From assembly GCA_964619725.1 (NCBI GenBank), contig CAZUFC010000061.1:1-48259 (forward strand): DNA of 48,259 nt, written 5' to 3'. Origin of the DNA: an uncultured bacterium (GTDB lineage Bacteria > CSSED10-310 > CAZUFC01). The position numbers were made by a program, and so were the translations under genes. Shown piece after piece: positions 9,835 to 19,450 of the stretch. Below the pieces are notes generated by a model. It was not told where the DNA came from, did no database searches, and saw nothing but the letters and a program-made list of their open reading frames with translations. The stretch's first letter is position 1, and every line of letters starts with the position of its first letter.

Positions 9835-9932
9835 TTCCGACGGGCTCTGACCCCTTTTCAGACCCTTTCCGACGGGCTCTGACCCCTTTTCGGACCCCTT
9901 CCGACGGGCTCTGACCCCTTTTCGGACCCCTT
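9835..9932. repeat. Three tandem 32-bp repeats containing the REP-like core GGGCTCTGACCCC
   Basis: Unit CCGACGGGCTCTGACCCCTTTTC(A/G)GACCC(T/C)TT starts at 9837, 9869 and 9901; no spacers. Confidence 0.95.
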
Positions 9933-10059
9933 ATTTTTCGAAAGTCGCTGATTTGTCAATATCGGGATCGTTGCATACGAATTACTGACTCAATGGCGTT
10001 CATAATTGAAATGATGTAAAGGTGGGGGAAGAATTTTAAGCTTTAAGTCGTTAGGCCTG

Positions 10060-10088
10060 TTGACGTCTGTAAATCTATTATTTAAAAT
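10060..10088 (+). promoter_or_regulatory. Sigma-70 promoter
   Basis: TTGACG-17 bp-TAAAAT, about 50 bp upstream of ATG 10140. Confidence 0.65.
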
Positions 10089-10139
10089 GAAATTGTTAAT
10101 TTAAAGCGCAGCAGCCGAAAAGAAGCGGAGGTACAGGAG

Positions 10140-10973
10140 ATGGAGTTGAAGGATGTTTTATCTGTGGATTGGCTTGAAGAGCGTGTGAACCGGCTTCCCA
10201 ACAAAGTGAACGAGTACGGTTATGATCCTTTCGGGATGAGACTCGATTCGATAAAAAAAGCGGCGCCTTTGCTGTACTGGCTTTATAAGTATTATTTCCG
10301 TTGCGAGTCCAGGGGAGTGGAGAATCTGCCCGACGGAAGGATGATGATTGCAGCCAATCACGGCGGTCTTATCCCTTATGATGCGCTGATGCTGATATCC
10401 GCTATTTTTCTGGAGGCCGAACCGCCGCGGCTGGGACGCGGGATGCTTGAACGGTTCGTCCCCCATTTTCCTGTCGTCGGGACCTTGTTTTCACGGCTGG
10501 GTCAGGTAACCGGGCATCCCAAGAATTGTCGATACCTGCTGGAAAACGGAGAAGTCATCGTGGTTTTTCCCGAAGGTGTCAAAGCCATTTCCAAGCCTGT
10601 GTGGAACAAATACAATCTACTGCATTTCGGAAACGGCTTCATGCGTCTGGCGCTGGAAACGAATTCACCCATCGTTCCCGTCGGCATCGTCGGGTCGGAA
10701 GAGCAGTTCTGCATCGTGCACGACTCGAAACTTTCCGCTCGGTTAATGGGCCTGCCGGTTTTTCCGGTCAGTCTTTCTTTTCCCTGGCTGGGACTTTTGG
10801 GCTTGCTGCCTTTGCCGGTCAAATATCGGCTGTATTTCGGCGAGCCGATTCAATTTAAAGGGAATCCCAATGACGACGATCATGTTATCGAAAAAAAAGT
10901 GGAAAGAGTCCGGACTGAAATAAAAAAATTGGTGCGTAACGGATTGAAAACCAGAAAAAGTTGGTTCACGTAA
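10140..10973 (+). CDS. Lysophospholipid acyltransferase (PlsC-like)
   Basis: NHGGLIPYD, VFPEG, GFMRLAL, PIVPVGIVG. Confidence 0.9.
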   Translation: MELKDVLSVDWLEERVNRLPNKVNEYGYDPFGMRLDSIKKAAPLLYWLYKYYFRCESRGVENLPDGRMMIAANHGGLIPYDALMLISAIFLEAEPPRLGRGMLERFVPHFPVVGTLFSRLGQVTGHPKNCRYLLENGEVIVVFPEGVKAISKPVWNKYNLLHFGNGFMRLALETNSPIVPVGIVGSEEQFCIVHDSKLSARLMGLPVFPVSLSFPWLGLLGLLPLPVKYRLYFGEPIQFKGNPNDDDHVIEKKVERVRTEIKKLVRNGLKTRKSWFT

Positions 10974-10975
10974 TT

Positions 10976-11914
10976 ATGACGAAAAAAGTTAATAAAAAAG
11001 GAACTATATTGATAACGGGCATATCGAGCGCTCTGGGTAAGCTTCTGACGAAAAAGCTGATGCATACGGAAAGAGTCGTCGGAATAGCCCGAAAGCCTTT
11101 CCACGGAAAACCCAAAGGCATAAAGGTGTACTATACGGATTTATGGAAGCGTAAATGCGAAGATTTGTTCAGAACGCAAGGCATTAAAGCGGTGGTTCAC
11201 CTGGGACTGATAAAGAATCCGAGGATTGACGTCAGGAAAAGGCATCGCGACAATGTCTCCGGCATTCATGCGCTTTTCGATTATGCAGTGAAATATCGAA
11301 CTTCCAAGGTAATCATCATGTCCAGCGCCCATGTTTACGGTCCGCAGTCTGATAATCCCGTTTTCATCAGGGAAAGCGCATCATTGAACGCCTCACGCGC
11401 CTTGCCGGAAATGAGGGATTTCATAGAAGTGGATATGTACTCTCAGTCGATTTTCTGGAAGAATCCGGAAATCAACACCGTCATCCTCAGGCCCGTAAAC
11501 GTTCTGGGACCGACTGTCCGGAATGCAGCCGCCAATTACCTGAGGAAAAAAACAGTCCCGGTCCTTTTGGGTTTCGATCCCATGATACAATGCATCCATG
11601 AAGAGGACCTGGTGGATGCCGTTATAAAAGTCCTGAAAACGGACGTAAAGGGCATATTTAACCTGACGGGTCCGGGCGAGCTGCCCTTAAGCGCCATTCT
11701 GAAGGAGCTGGACAGCGCCAGGATTCCCATCCCTCCCTATGTCGCAAAAGGCATATTCGGATTCATGTGGTCCACAGGCCTTTCCTCTTTTCCCCAGCAG
11801 GAAATTGATTTTCTGAAGTACCACTGCATTGTCGACGGCTCTCTGGCCCAAAAAGTTCTCAAATTAAAACCCCAATACACGCTCAAGGAAACCATACAAA
11901 GCCTTCTGGATTGA
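10976..11914 (+). CDS. NAD-dependent epimerase/dehydratase (extended SDR)
   Basis: ILITGISSALG, SSAHVYG, ILRPVNVLGP, QCIHEED; 2 nt after the acyltransferase stop. Confidence 0.88.
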   Translation: MTKKVNKKGTILITGISSALGKLLTKKLMHTERVVGIARKPFHGKPKGIKVYYTDLWKRKCEDLFRTQGIKAVVHLGLIKNPRIDVRKRHRDNVSGIHALFDYAVKYRTSKVIIMSSAHVYGPQSDNPVFIRESASLNASRALPEMRDFIEVDMYSQSIFWKNPEINTVILRPVNVLGPTVRNAAANYLRKKTVPVLLGFDPMIQCIHEEDLVDAVIKVLKTDVKGIFNLTGPGELPLSAILKELDSARIPIPPYVAKGIFGFMWSTGLSSFPQQEIDFLKYHCIVDGSLAQKVLKLKPQYTLKETIQSLLD

Positions 11915-11920
11915 ATTGCC

Positions 11921-11940
11921 GGGGTCAGACACCTCCGCAA
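11921..11940 (-). repeat. REP-like element copy
   Basis: Reverse complement TTGCGGAGGTGTCTGACCCC matches TTGCGAAGGGCTCTGACCCC at 35292-35311; lies between convergent genes. Confidence 0.65.
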
Positions 11941-11949
11941 TCCCTCGTT

Positions 11950-12558
11950 TCACATAGCCCTGGTTCCAGAATTCCTCTCCAGCTCATGAACCACGAAGGC
12001 CACTTCCGGGATCATCACATATCCGGAAAAGGGCGCCGGTTCGGACAACTGATAGTCTCCCTTTTTAATTCTGTCCAACAAGTCAGCGGCGCTGACCGGC
12101 GTGTTTTCTCCATCCTGGTATTTCATTTTTCTGACGTTACCCTGGAAGCTGAGTTTCATTTTTTCGCCTTCTACCGAATCGACGATCAATTCGCTGAAAA
12201 ATACGCCCAGTTTCGGCTCATTTGCCGCAGAATCCGCCGCCAGGTTTTTTCCCTGGAGCTGATCCAGGACAGTAACGCCCGGAATGTCCGTTTTTAGCCA
12301 TTCTTTCACATGGAAAATCTCTTCATCGCCGATGTCCAGCGCCAGGAGGTAACTGACGGTCCCGCCGACTACGGAGTCGATACGCAATGATGCTTCCGTA
12401 AAGCTGTAAGTTTTTCCATGTATTTCCAGGCGATTTTTTTCAACTTTTTTTTGGAAGATCGAGCGTCCTTCTTTTCCCGTCCAGAATATAAAGAGCGCTG
12501 CGATAAGAACAATCGTTAACGCTGCAATAATGAAGAATTTTATGCTGGACCGTTTCAT
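11950..12558 (-). CDS. Hypothetical membrane-anchored/exported protein
   Basis: 202-aa ORF with basic N-terminus and one TM helix; AAGGA SD. Confidence 0.7.
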   Translation of the reverse strand: MKRSSIKFFIIAALTIVLIAALFIFWTGKEGRSIFQKKVEKNRLEIHGKTYSFTEASLRIDSVVGGTVSYLLALDIGDEEIFHVKEWLKTDIPGVTVLDQLQGKNLAADSAANEPKLGVFFSELIVDSVEGEKMKLSFQGNVRKMKYQDGENTPVSAADLLDRIKKGDYQLSEPAPFSGYVMIPEVAFVVHELERNSGTRAM

Positions 12559-12598
12559 TATTTTTCTTATCCTTTCCCCTGCGACGGGAATGCATTGC

Positions 12599-13556
12599 TC
12601 ACCGGTACAGCCCGGCGAGCAGCTCTTTCATTTCAGGTTTGTTCAAAGAAACTTCGCTGTTCATTACGCCGTGATCCTGAAGGACGTTCAAAAGCTTAGG
12701 GCGGATTACCTGATGTTCCAATTACGAGAGCATGTCCGGCTTTTAATGTGACGTTAACGACGCGGGGATCAGCATCAACCGATGGATTGTTCTGTTCTTG
12801 CACGGAAAAAACAAAGTCGCTCTCTATGCATGTGCCGGCATTTCCTCTTTGACGGCAGATGCCCTGTTCGTCTGTTATGATTTTGAGGTGTTCCGCTATA
12901 TTCTCCGCCATGAATCCGGGTCGCGTTATGAAATCTGCGGCAGGGTGAATTTCCCGCCAAATCGAACCGGCGATCCCCTGACACACTGCGACGGTTATTC
13001 CGGCCGTTATAACATGAAGCATTCGCCGACCGCATGGAGATGAGGACTCTATGCCGTTGAAAGGAGCTGAAATAGTGACGAGCCGGATATCCGGTTCGCA
13101 GGAAACGACGGCACCGTCCTCTCTTCCGGTAATCAAAGCGCGACGAGAGATTAATCCTCCCTGACTATGCCCGATGACCGTCAACCGTTTGCATCCGATA
13201 ACGGTACTTAATCGGTGTATGGTTTCGATGAGCTCTCTGGATACCGTCTCCATCCGGTCACGGTAATCATAATTAAAACAGATCGTCTGCTGATTCTGCG
13301 CATCAAATACATGCTTTAAAGTCGAAAAACGGCTGCTGGATGCCTTGCAACCATGCACCAGGATAATAACTTCCCTGTCAGGTGATATTGCCATGACGGA
13401 ACGCTCAAAATCATCACAATGGTCCAACCTGGAAGATACCATGACGGAATCGGAAGAACCCTTTATCGTTGCGTATTTGCTGGGTGCGCAACCTGATGCG
13501 GTCATGATGCAGTAACTCAAACCGATCACCAGGCTGCAGATTTTTGAACAGTTCAT
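12599..13556 (-). pseudogene. Alpha/beta-hydrolase lipoprotein, apparently frameshifted near the C-terminus
   Basis: LVHG, GHSQGG nucleophile elbow, lipobox ASGC; ORF stops at 12696 but another frame continues KLLNVLQDHGVM...LLAGLYR* to 12599. Confidence 0.6.
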
Positions 13557-13907
13557 ACTTTCTACTTTCGATTGAGTTTATTCTTTTCCGCCAAAAGAAC
13601 CCGCTGCCTTTTTTGCAAAGGACAGCAAGATTCGATTGCAATGGCATCAGCCGAGTATTATTCTTCAGGGACTGCCTGCCTTTGTATCCTAACTGAACGT
13701 GAATATTTCAGAGTGAGTCCAATTTCAGCAGAACTCGCTTACGTTAATCCCTGATAAAATCACTTACAATAAATAAATTTAAAACTCAAGCCTTCATCCC
13801 GTGAGATGCTATTTTATCCTGGCATTGATTCAAATGAGCTTTTATAGTGCTTCTTCATAACCTCCGTTCCCAATGGGAATTTTTGGACTGATCAACTAGA
13901 GGCAATA

Positions 13908-14040
13908 ATTTCAGAACCTTTCACAATCATATCACAAACTGTTGAAAAAATATGATTTTTTGCATTTGAAGCAGGCATAATAATTGTGCAGTTTTAGTCC
14001 CCCATAATTCCGGTATAAGAGCGTTGATTTAATCGAAAAT
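13908..14040 (+). repeat. Dispersed intergenic repeat (family B), copy 2
   Basis: Homologous to 266-397. Confidence 0.75.
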
Positions 14041-14178
14041 CGTTGCTTTAAATGATCAAAGGGGGCGCCCGTGTTCTCCGGATTCATCTACTCGCTGCAA
14101 TCGGCAGTGAACAAGCGTCGATGGCGTATTGGCAAATCAAAAGAGATAATACACAGAGCGGAATAATAGAGATAATAA

Positions 14179-14290
14179 GTGATGATTTGTAATGATAAAG
14201 AACTTGTCGCGACAAAAGAGCGCATCGGTTTTTTTCAACAACAAGTGGAAAAACTGCGACAGATCGAAAAAAACCCGCAGAATGACGCAG
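14179..14290 (+). pseudogene. 5' remnant of a small hypothetical gene
   Basis: MICNDKELVATKERIGFFQQQVEKLRQIEKNPQN reads like a real amphipathic helical N-terminus; the rest of the ORF is antisense to the CYTH gene. Confidence 0.4.
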
Positions 14291-14322
14291 AAAAACGGAA
14301 GAATCGCCATTTAGGACAAAAA

Positions 14323-14922
14323 CTATTTATTTTTCAGCGCCTGGAGGAATCTTTCATATTTAGTGAATTTCTGGGGCATCAACTCAATCCCGTAGAGATT
14401 CCGTATGTTTTCCCAGAAAGATTCATCCAGAGGCGATTCCGTTTCAATCTCCAGCTCGTAATCTTCGATACCATTAGGATGGAGGGTCCGGTCAAGTTCC
14501 AGTATAAGATCGTCGGTGAATCTGTATTTAATTCTGTGATTGGTGTTTGAACCGAGTCTTATGATTTTTTCCGGGTCTGTAATATCTCCGACTTTGTCCC
14601 TGTAGTCTTCCGGGAAGCAAAGTGCTGGTTTGTCGGCATCCAGGATGCTCTGAGCGGAATCTACGCTGATGTTTTTTTCCATTTCGAAGGCGTTCAGGCG
14701 GCCGTTTTGGAAGGAATGGGCAGATTTGAAGGCTGCGGTCCAGGAATCATTCTGATTTCTCAGTCTGAGGAGCGCTTTGTTTCGATGGAGAGTCAGCGCC
14801 GGGGTATCGAAGTAATAATTAATCTGATTGATTTCTCCGATGAATCCATTCAGGTTATTTTTTAATTTCCGGTAATTTTCAATGTCCGGAATTTTGAATT
14901 TGTATTCCTGTTGAACAGTCGT
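14323..14922 (-). CDS. CYTH-domain (triphosphate tunnel metalloenzyme, YjbK-like) protein; apparent ACG start
   Basis: QQEYKF, QINYYFDT, LLRLR, LELDRT, DYELEIE, TKYERF; no in-frame ATG/GTG/TTG nearby; AAAGGA-7 nt-ACG at 14922. Confidence 0.8.
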   Translation of the reverse strand, partial: TTVQQEYKFKIPDIENYRKLKNNLNGFIGEINQINYYFDTPALTLHRNKALLRLRNQNDSWTAAFKSAHSFQNGRLNAFEMEKNISVDSAQSILDADKPALCFPEDYRDKVGDITDPEKIIRLGSNTNHRIKYRFTDDLILELDRTLHPNGIEDYELEIETESPLDESFWENIRNLYGIELMPQKFTKYERFLQALKNK

Positions 14923-14942
14923 TTCAGAATCCTTTGAAATGA

Positions 14943-14993
14943 CGGACGCTTCTACTGCGAGAACCTTGCAGATACTCGCAGAAGAAACGTCCG
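14943..14993. terminator. Long stem-loop between the PKD gene and the CYTH gene
   Basis: CGGACGCTTCTACTGCGAG / CTCGCAGAAGAAACGTCCG, 17 of 19 Watson-Crick pairs, 13-nt loop, about 20 nt after the stop at 15015. Confidence 0.6.
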
Positions 14994-15014
14994 CGATAAT
15001 TTTAAAAGTCAGTA

Positions 15015-16367
15015 TTACTGATAACAGAACTCGATTATTTCGATATTTGTAGCGACATCGAAACCGCCTGGTTCTGTCGCCAGGGAGTAGAAGTAGAGAC
15101 CGCTGAGTGAGCCGGTATTTGCGGGCCAGGGGAAAGGTCCCAGCAGGTCTTTGTTCCAATCTCCGCCGGCGGGAACGGTAATGGTTTCCTTGGCCAGCGC
15201 TTCTGTCCAGGTCGGATAGAAGAAATACATGCCCACGACTTCGAGTGCGCAGTAAAAATCGACAGTTCTGTTGGAGGTTCCGGTATTTTCGACATTAGCC
15301 TGCAACCTGAAGAGGTCTCCTTCTCCGAAACAGTCGGGAGCGATTTTCGACAGGTTGAGAGCCAGTATCAGTTCGCCTGTGCCTCCGCCTGTGACATGGA
15401 TATCAACGCTGTCGGTTCGGGACATATCCTCATCATCAGTAACGGTCAGGACAGCGGTGTAATCTCCGGCGTTGTCGTAGGTATGTTCGGGATGCTGCTG
15501 ATCGCTGGCGCCGCCGTCGCCGAAATCCCAGTGATAATCGACGCTGCCGCCGTCAGGGTCCGAACCCATACCTTCAAATTGAACCGTCAACGGCGCCGGG
15601 CCGCTTGTCGGTACGGCTCTCGCCGAAGCAAACGGCGGCTGCCCCTCAGCTCCCGAATTGGTATCTGGATGCCAGCCCTCATCCGGTACGCCGTCGCCGT
15701 CGGCATCGAAATCCAGATAATAAATAACGTCCAGAGTGTCATACTCGCCGTCCCCGTTCGGTTCGACCGTCTGCTGAGGCATGGCATCTGCCCCGTCATA
15801 TTCGCGGTAACCCACAAGCGTGCAGACTATACCCATGCTTGCATTCACAGGAAATCCGTCAGGCTGATACAGCACATCCCAGGGAATAGCGCATTCGTAC
15901 ATCATGTTGGGGAGACTGATGTTTTTCTGGATGCTGGAATTCGACGTCCATTCATCATGCGAAAAATCATCATATATTCTGTAGATTCCATGGGTCCCGT
16001 TTCCAGAGGCGTTGACGGAAAAATCCGCGGACCATCCCTCGGCGTAAAAGGATTTGTACCAGCCAATCGTACCCAAATCAGTCGCGCCGGGAGACATAGA
16101 GGCAAAATCCATGTAAAAGTCCACGCTGTTGGCTTCCTCGATAAGAAAGTCTGCTCCGAGATAAAGATTATCGGCATCCCAGGTCACGTACATACGATAT
16201 AATTCATTAAATTCCCAGGCGCAATCGTTTTCTGAATCTTCCCAAATAAGTTCGTCGTCGTCGAAATCGCTGGTATCCCCATCCACAGTGATAGTGTGCC
16301 AGGTCGTCGCCAGTGCAGCCATCGGCATCGCCAGCAACGCGATTAAAAAAATTGTTGCTGCTCGCAT
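15015..16367 (-). CDS. Secreted protein: DOMON/CBM9-like domain + PKD domain + shared C-terminal domain
   Basis: Signal peptide; ITVDGDTSDF...MYVTWDADNLYLG; PKD motifs SGPAPLTVQF, YHWDFGDG, HTYDNAGDYTAVLTVTD; SD AGGAGG before ATG 16367. Confidence 0.8.
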   Translation of the reverse strand: MRAATIFLIALLAMPMAALATTWHTITVDGDTSDFDDDELIWEDSENDCAWEFNELYRMYVTWDADNLYLGADFLIEEANSVDFYMDFASMSPGATDLGTIGWYKSFYAEGWSADFSVNASGNGTHGIYRIYDDFSHDEWTSNSSIQKNISLPNMMYECAIPWDVLYQPDGFPVNASMGIVCTLVGYREYDGADAMPQQTVEPNGDGEYDTLDVIYYLDFDADGDGVPDEGWHPDTNSGAEGQPPFASARAVPTSGPAPLTVQFEGMGSDPDGGSVDYHWDFGDGGASDQQHPEHTYDNAGDYTAVLTVTDDEDMSRTDSVDIHVTGGGTGELILALNLSKIAPDCFGEGDLFRLQANVENTGTSNRTVDFYCALEVVGMYFFYPTWTEALAKETITVPAGGDWNKDLLGPFPWPANTGSLSGLYFYSLATEPGGFDVATNIEIIEFCYQ

Positions 16368-16496
16368 AAAATGTCCTCCTTTAAGAAAAAAAACAATCTT
16401 GTTTCTAAACTTTCTATAAGCCGGCTCATCGCCGCATTTCTCTTTATACAACGTAACGCATCCGAGTTCAACAATACGTCGGAGAAAAACCGCAAA

Positions 16497-18446
16497 TCAT
16501 CCGTTAAAGCCGAATTCCCAGGTGTCGAATTGTCCGATGATCTGAGTGATGCCTTCATCGGTGATGGCTCCCCAGAACAGGAAACCGTCGGCATATCCTG
16601 TACCTGACGGCCAGGAGAATGAATTAAGGACGGCATAGGGCGTCGATCCGGGAAGGACATCGATATTCAGGAAAGAAATCCCTGTGTCTGAGTGGACCCA
16701 ACCGGGCCAGAACCAGTAGTCTCCCGTTCCGATATCCAGGAATACGAAAAGAAGAACATCATTAAGCGTATTATCGGGATTCTCCGTATAGGCCGTCAAG
16801 CGACATTCATCCTGCGGTTCGAAGAAATGAGCCGGCATTTCGAGTCTTACGCCGAGTTCCTGTGCCGGAGTAGGCGAATACTGGGGCGGTGAAGTCGGCG
16901 TTCTGGTCGGCGTTTTAGTAGGAACGTCGCCGGTATGCGTAGGCGTAGGCGTTCTGGTGGGAGTGCGTGTCGGTCCGGTCGGCGATACGGTCGGAGTGGA
17001 CGGTCCGCCTCCAAGCGTGAAAGAGTAAGGCGCTTCACGTGCCGTATTCTCATTAAGGGTTCTCGTGCTGGACGTATCGTCTCCGTACAGATAAGTGGTT
17101 TCATAAACCCCGGGATTCCCTTCAACCGCCAGATAATACTGAATCACATCATCTTCAGAATAGGCGTTCTCCAGCTCTCCGAGAAAATATTCGTTTTCAT
17201 TAGGTTCCGAATCCCAAGCCAGAGCTGCTGAATGCCAGGACTGCTCGGTGGAAGCTTTATAGTACAGCGTGCCTCCCCATATCAGTCCATGCGGATGCCC
17301 GCCGCAATAGACGTAGACAATGCTGTCCGACTCGGACGGATACAGAGGGTTCCTCATGTTGACCGTGGGAGGTTCCTCATTGGTAGGAATATGCCATACG
17401 TTCAGCATAGCGGAGGTGGGCGTGGGCGTTACCGTCGCAGCCGTCGGCGTTCTTGTCGGCGTATAAGTCGGCGTATCCGGCCCCACAGTCGGAAACGGCG
17501 TCGGCGTTATCTCCTCAGGCAACGTATACTCAAAAGCATTATCCCGCGCTTCTTCGGCATCGTCCGTTACTACCGAACTGTCGTCGTCCCCGTAAACATA
17601 CGTCGTGGAATAATATTCCGGATTCCCGTTCATCTCAAGATAATATTCCACCGTGTCGCCTCCCGTATAGCTCTCATTCAGCAAAACAGCCGCCCAGTAT
17701 TCGTTACTGTCGTTGTTCGAATCAAAATCAAAGGCAGCTTCGTTCCATACGCCGCTGCCGACCGCACGAAAATAAAGCGTCCCGCTCCATATCGTCCCGA
17801 TCGGATTCCCTCCACAATAAATGTATACATTCTCCATCCCTTCTTCAGGATGTAAAGGATTGCGCATCGTTACCGACGGCGGCTCCTCGTTCGAAGGAAT
17901 ATGCCAGACATTCATCAACGGCGGGGGAGGCGCCGGCGTCGGAGTCACGTAATCTCCCACTATATATGTAAAAGCATTGTCCTGAGCCGTCTGCTCATCC
18001 GTCGTGGCGTTCGACTCGTCATCCGAGCCGTAAACATACGTGGGATCATATGTTCCCGGATCGCCTTCCATCGCTAAATAATACAGTATCTCATCGCCTG
18101 CCTCGAATACTGAATTGTCTATTACCGCATAAAAATATTCATTGTTCCCCCAGTTCGTGTCCCAAACGAAATCACTCGACGACCATTCCGCATCACCTTC
18201 CTTCTGCCAATACAAAGAACCGCTCCATATCGTACCGATCGGATATCCGCCGCAATAAATAAAAACGCTGTCATAACCTTCCAAAGGCTGAAATGGATTA
18301 CGCATGGTCACGCCCGCAGGCTCCTCGTTCACTGGAATGTGCCATACGTTCATCAATTCGCGTCCCCCGGAAGCTCCTGCAGGAATCATCGTGCCGGCGA
18401 TTGCCAAAACTGCTGAAATAAAAAGCAAATTAGTTTTGAATTTCAT
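16497..18446 (-). CDS. Secreted protein with three ~130-aa repeats, Pro/Thr linkers and shared C-terminal domain
   Basis: NVWHIPxNEEPxxVxMRNP...YCGG.P.G.IW.G.LY...NEY...YYL..EG.P..Y..TY.YG.D occurs three times. Confidence 0.85.
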   Translation of the reverse strand: MKFKTNLLFISAVLAIAGTMIPAGASGGRELMNVWHIPVNEEPAGVTMRNPFQPLEGYDSVFIYCGGYPIGTIWSGSLYWQKEGDAEWSSSDFVWDTNWGNNEYFYAVIDNSVFEAGDEILYYLAMEGDPGTYDPTYVYGSDDESNATTDEQTAQDNAFTYIVGDYVTPTPAPPPPLMNVWHIPSNEEPPSVTMRNPLHPEEGMENVYIYCGGNPIGTIWSGTLYFRAVGSGVWNEAAFDFDSNNDSNEYWAAVLLNESYTGGDTVEYYLEMNGNPEYYSTTYVYGDDDSSVVTDDAEEARDNAFEYTLPEEITPTPFPTVGPDTPTYTPTRTPTAATVTPTPTSAMLNVWHIPTNEEPPTVNMRNPLYPSESDSIVYVYCGGHPHGLIWGGTLYYKASTEQSWHSAALAWDSEPNENEYFLGELENAYSEDDVIQYYLAVEGNPGVYETTYLYGDDTSSTRTLNENTAREAPYSFTLGGGPSTPTVSPTGPTRTPTRTPTPTHTGDVPTKTPTRTPTSPPQYSPTPAQELGVRLEMPAHFFEPQDECRLTAYTENPDNTLNDVLLFVFLDIGTGDYWFWPGWVHSDTGISFLNIDVLPGSTPYAVLNSFSWPSGTGYADGFLFWGAITDEGITQIIGQFDTWEFGFNG

Positions 18447-18728
18447 CTGTTCCCTCTCCTTAAAAAATTACATTTTTACAATAAATTGTATGAATCTAAT
18501 GCTGAGCGACCCTGCAAGCGGCGCCGAATCCTTTTCATCATAAGCCGGCTGTGGAAAAATCCCTTGCCGTTGTTGTTTATTCCATCCTTTACAGACATCC
18601 TGTCGCTCCTTAAAGTCTGCTTTACTAAATTAGAAAACATACCGCCGCATGTCAAATTTTCCAGGCTGATCAAATCCGCAGCTTGTCGCTGCATGAGGGT
18701 AAAATTATCCGTTTTGGACAGAAACGCG

Positions 18729-18830
18729 GGGACTGATCATACCGGTGTTGCACCTCTTTAAAATTTTTGACGGTTTGTTGCTATAATCGGGGTCGGTATC
18801 GGGATCGAAATCGAAACAAAAAAACAGGAA
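18729..18830 (-). repeat. Dispersed repeat family A (hexamer-core element)
   Basis: GGGACTGA...TTTTGACGGTTTGTT...AATCGGGGTCGGTATCGGGATCGAAATCGAAACAAAA; matches 38355-38516. Confidence 0.85.
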
Positions 18831-18988
18831 CCGCAAAAATTACCATTCAAAACGAATTCATCTGACCCGAATACAGGCCGAAACGAAATCCAGGGTCTGA
18901 AATTCCGTGGCCCCGTGCTTAAAGAATAGGTGAATTTTATCATGGACGATCAGGATATGATTGATTTTGGGTAGGGGCTTTAATGATG

Positions 18989-19040
18989 AAGGACAAAGGG
19001 ACCTAAGGGACCTAAGGGACCTAAAGGACAGAAGGGACAC
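18989..19040. repeat. 9-bp tandem repeat AAGGGACCT (about 5-6 units, 3 perfect)
   Basis: aaggaca aagggacct aagggacct aagggacct aaaggacag aagggacac. Confidence 0.9.
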
Positions 19041-19244
19041 TGGGAATATACAATCATTTGTATAAGCAAAAACCGTCATCTGAAAATTAAACGTTTTAAG
19101 GCAGAAATAGAATTTTTGGACTGATCGTATCGGGGCTGCAATTTTTCATAAAACCTTTGACTGATTGAAATTCCCATAAAAAAACCATCCTTGCTCACTA
19201 TTATCTGCTTGACGAACTCACCGCTGTTTTTTCATCCACTGCCG

Positions 19245-19330
19245 TTTATTTCGACACCGGCATCGACCCCCGATTAACAAAACAAACCGCCAAAAGTTTT
19301 GAAAAAGTATAATCCTGGTTTGATCTGTGC
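19245..19330 (+). repeat. Dispersed repeat family A, partial copy
   Basis: TTTCGACACCGGCATCGACCCCCGATT...AACAAACCGCCAAAAGTTTTGAAAAAGTATAATCCTGGTTTGATCTGT. Confidence 0.75.
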
Positions 19331-19381
19331 AAAAAAACAACTAAATCCCCCTATCCAGCCAAAAAACAACCCATTCTTACT

Positions 19382-19420
19382 CCCCCTCTCCATTCATGGA
19401 GAGGGGGCCGGGGGGTGAGG
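19382..19420. repeat. REP-like palindrome with G-rich tail
   Basis: Perfect inverted repeat CCCCCTCTCCAT-TC-ATGGAGAGGGGG followed by CCGGGGGGTGAGG. Confidence 0.85.
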
Positions 19421-19450
19421 TCGTTCCACCAACTTTTATTGATAAAAATG

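Noticed and set aside
9835-9932. CRISPR array
   Set aside because: The 32-bp units are contiguous with no spacers, and there are no cas genes.
13685-13750. Integron attC site (CCTAAC...GTTAAT)
   Set aside because: Ends do not fit RYYYAAC/GTTRRRY, there is no convincing stem, and no integrase is present.
14923-15159. Long N-terminal extension of the CYTH ORF
   Set aside because: Overlaps the upstream gene's conserved C-terminal domain and runs through a hairpin.
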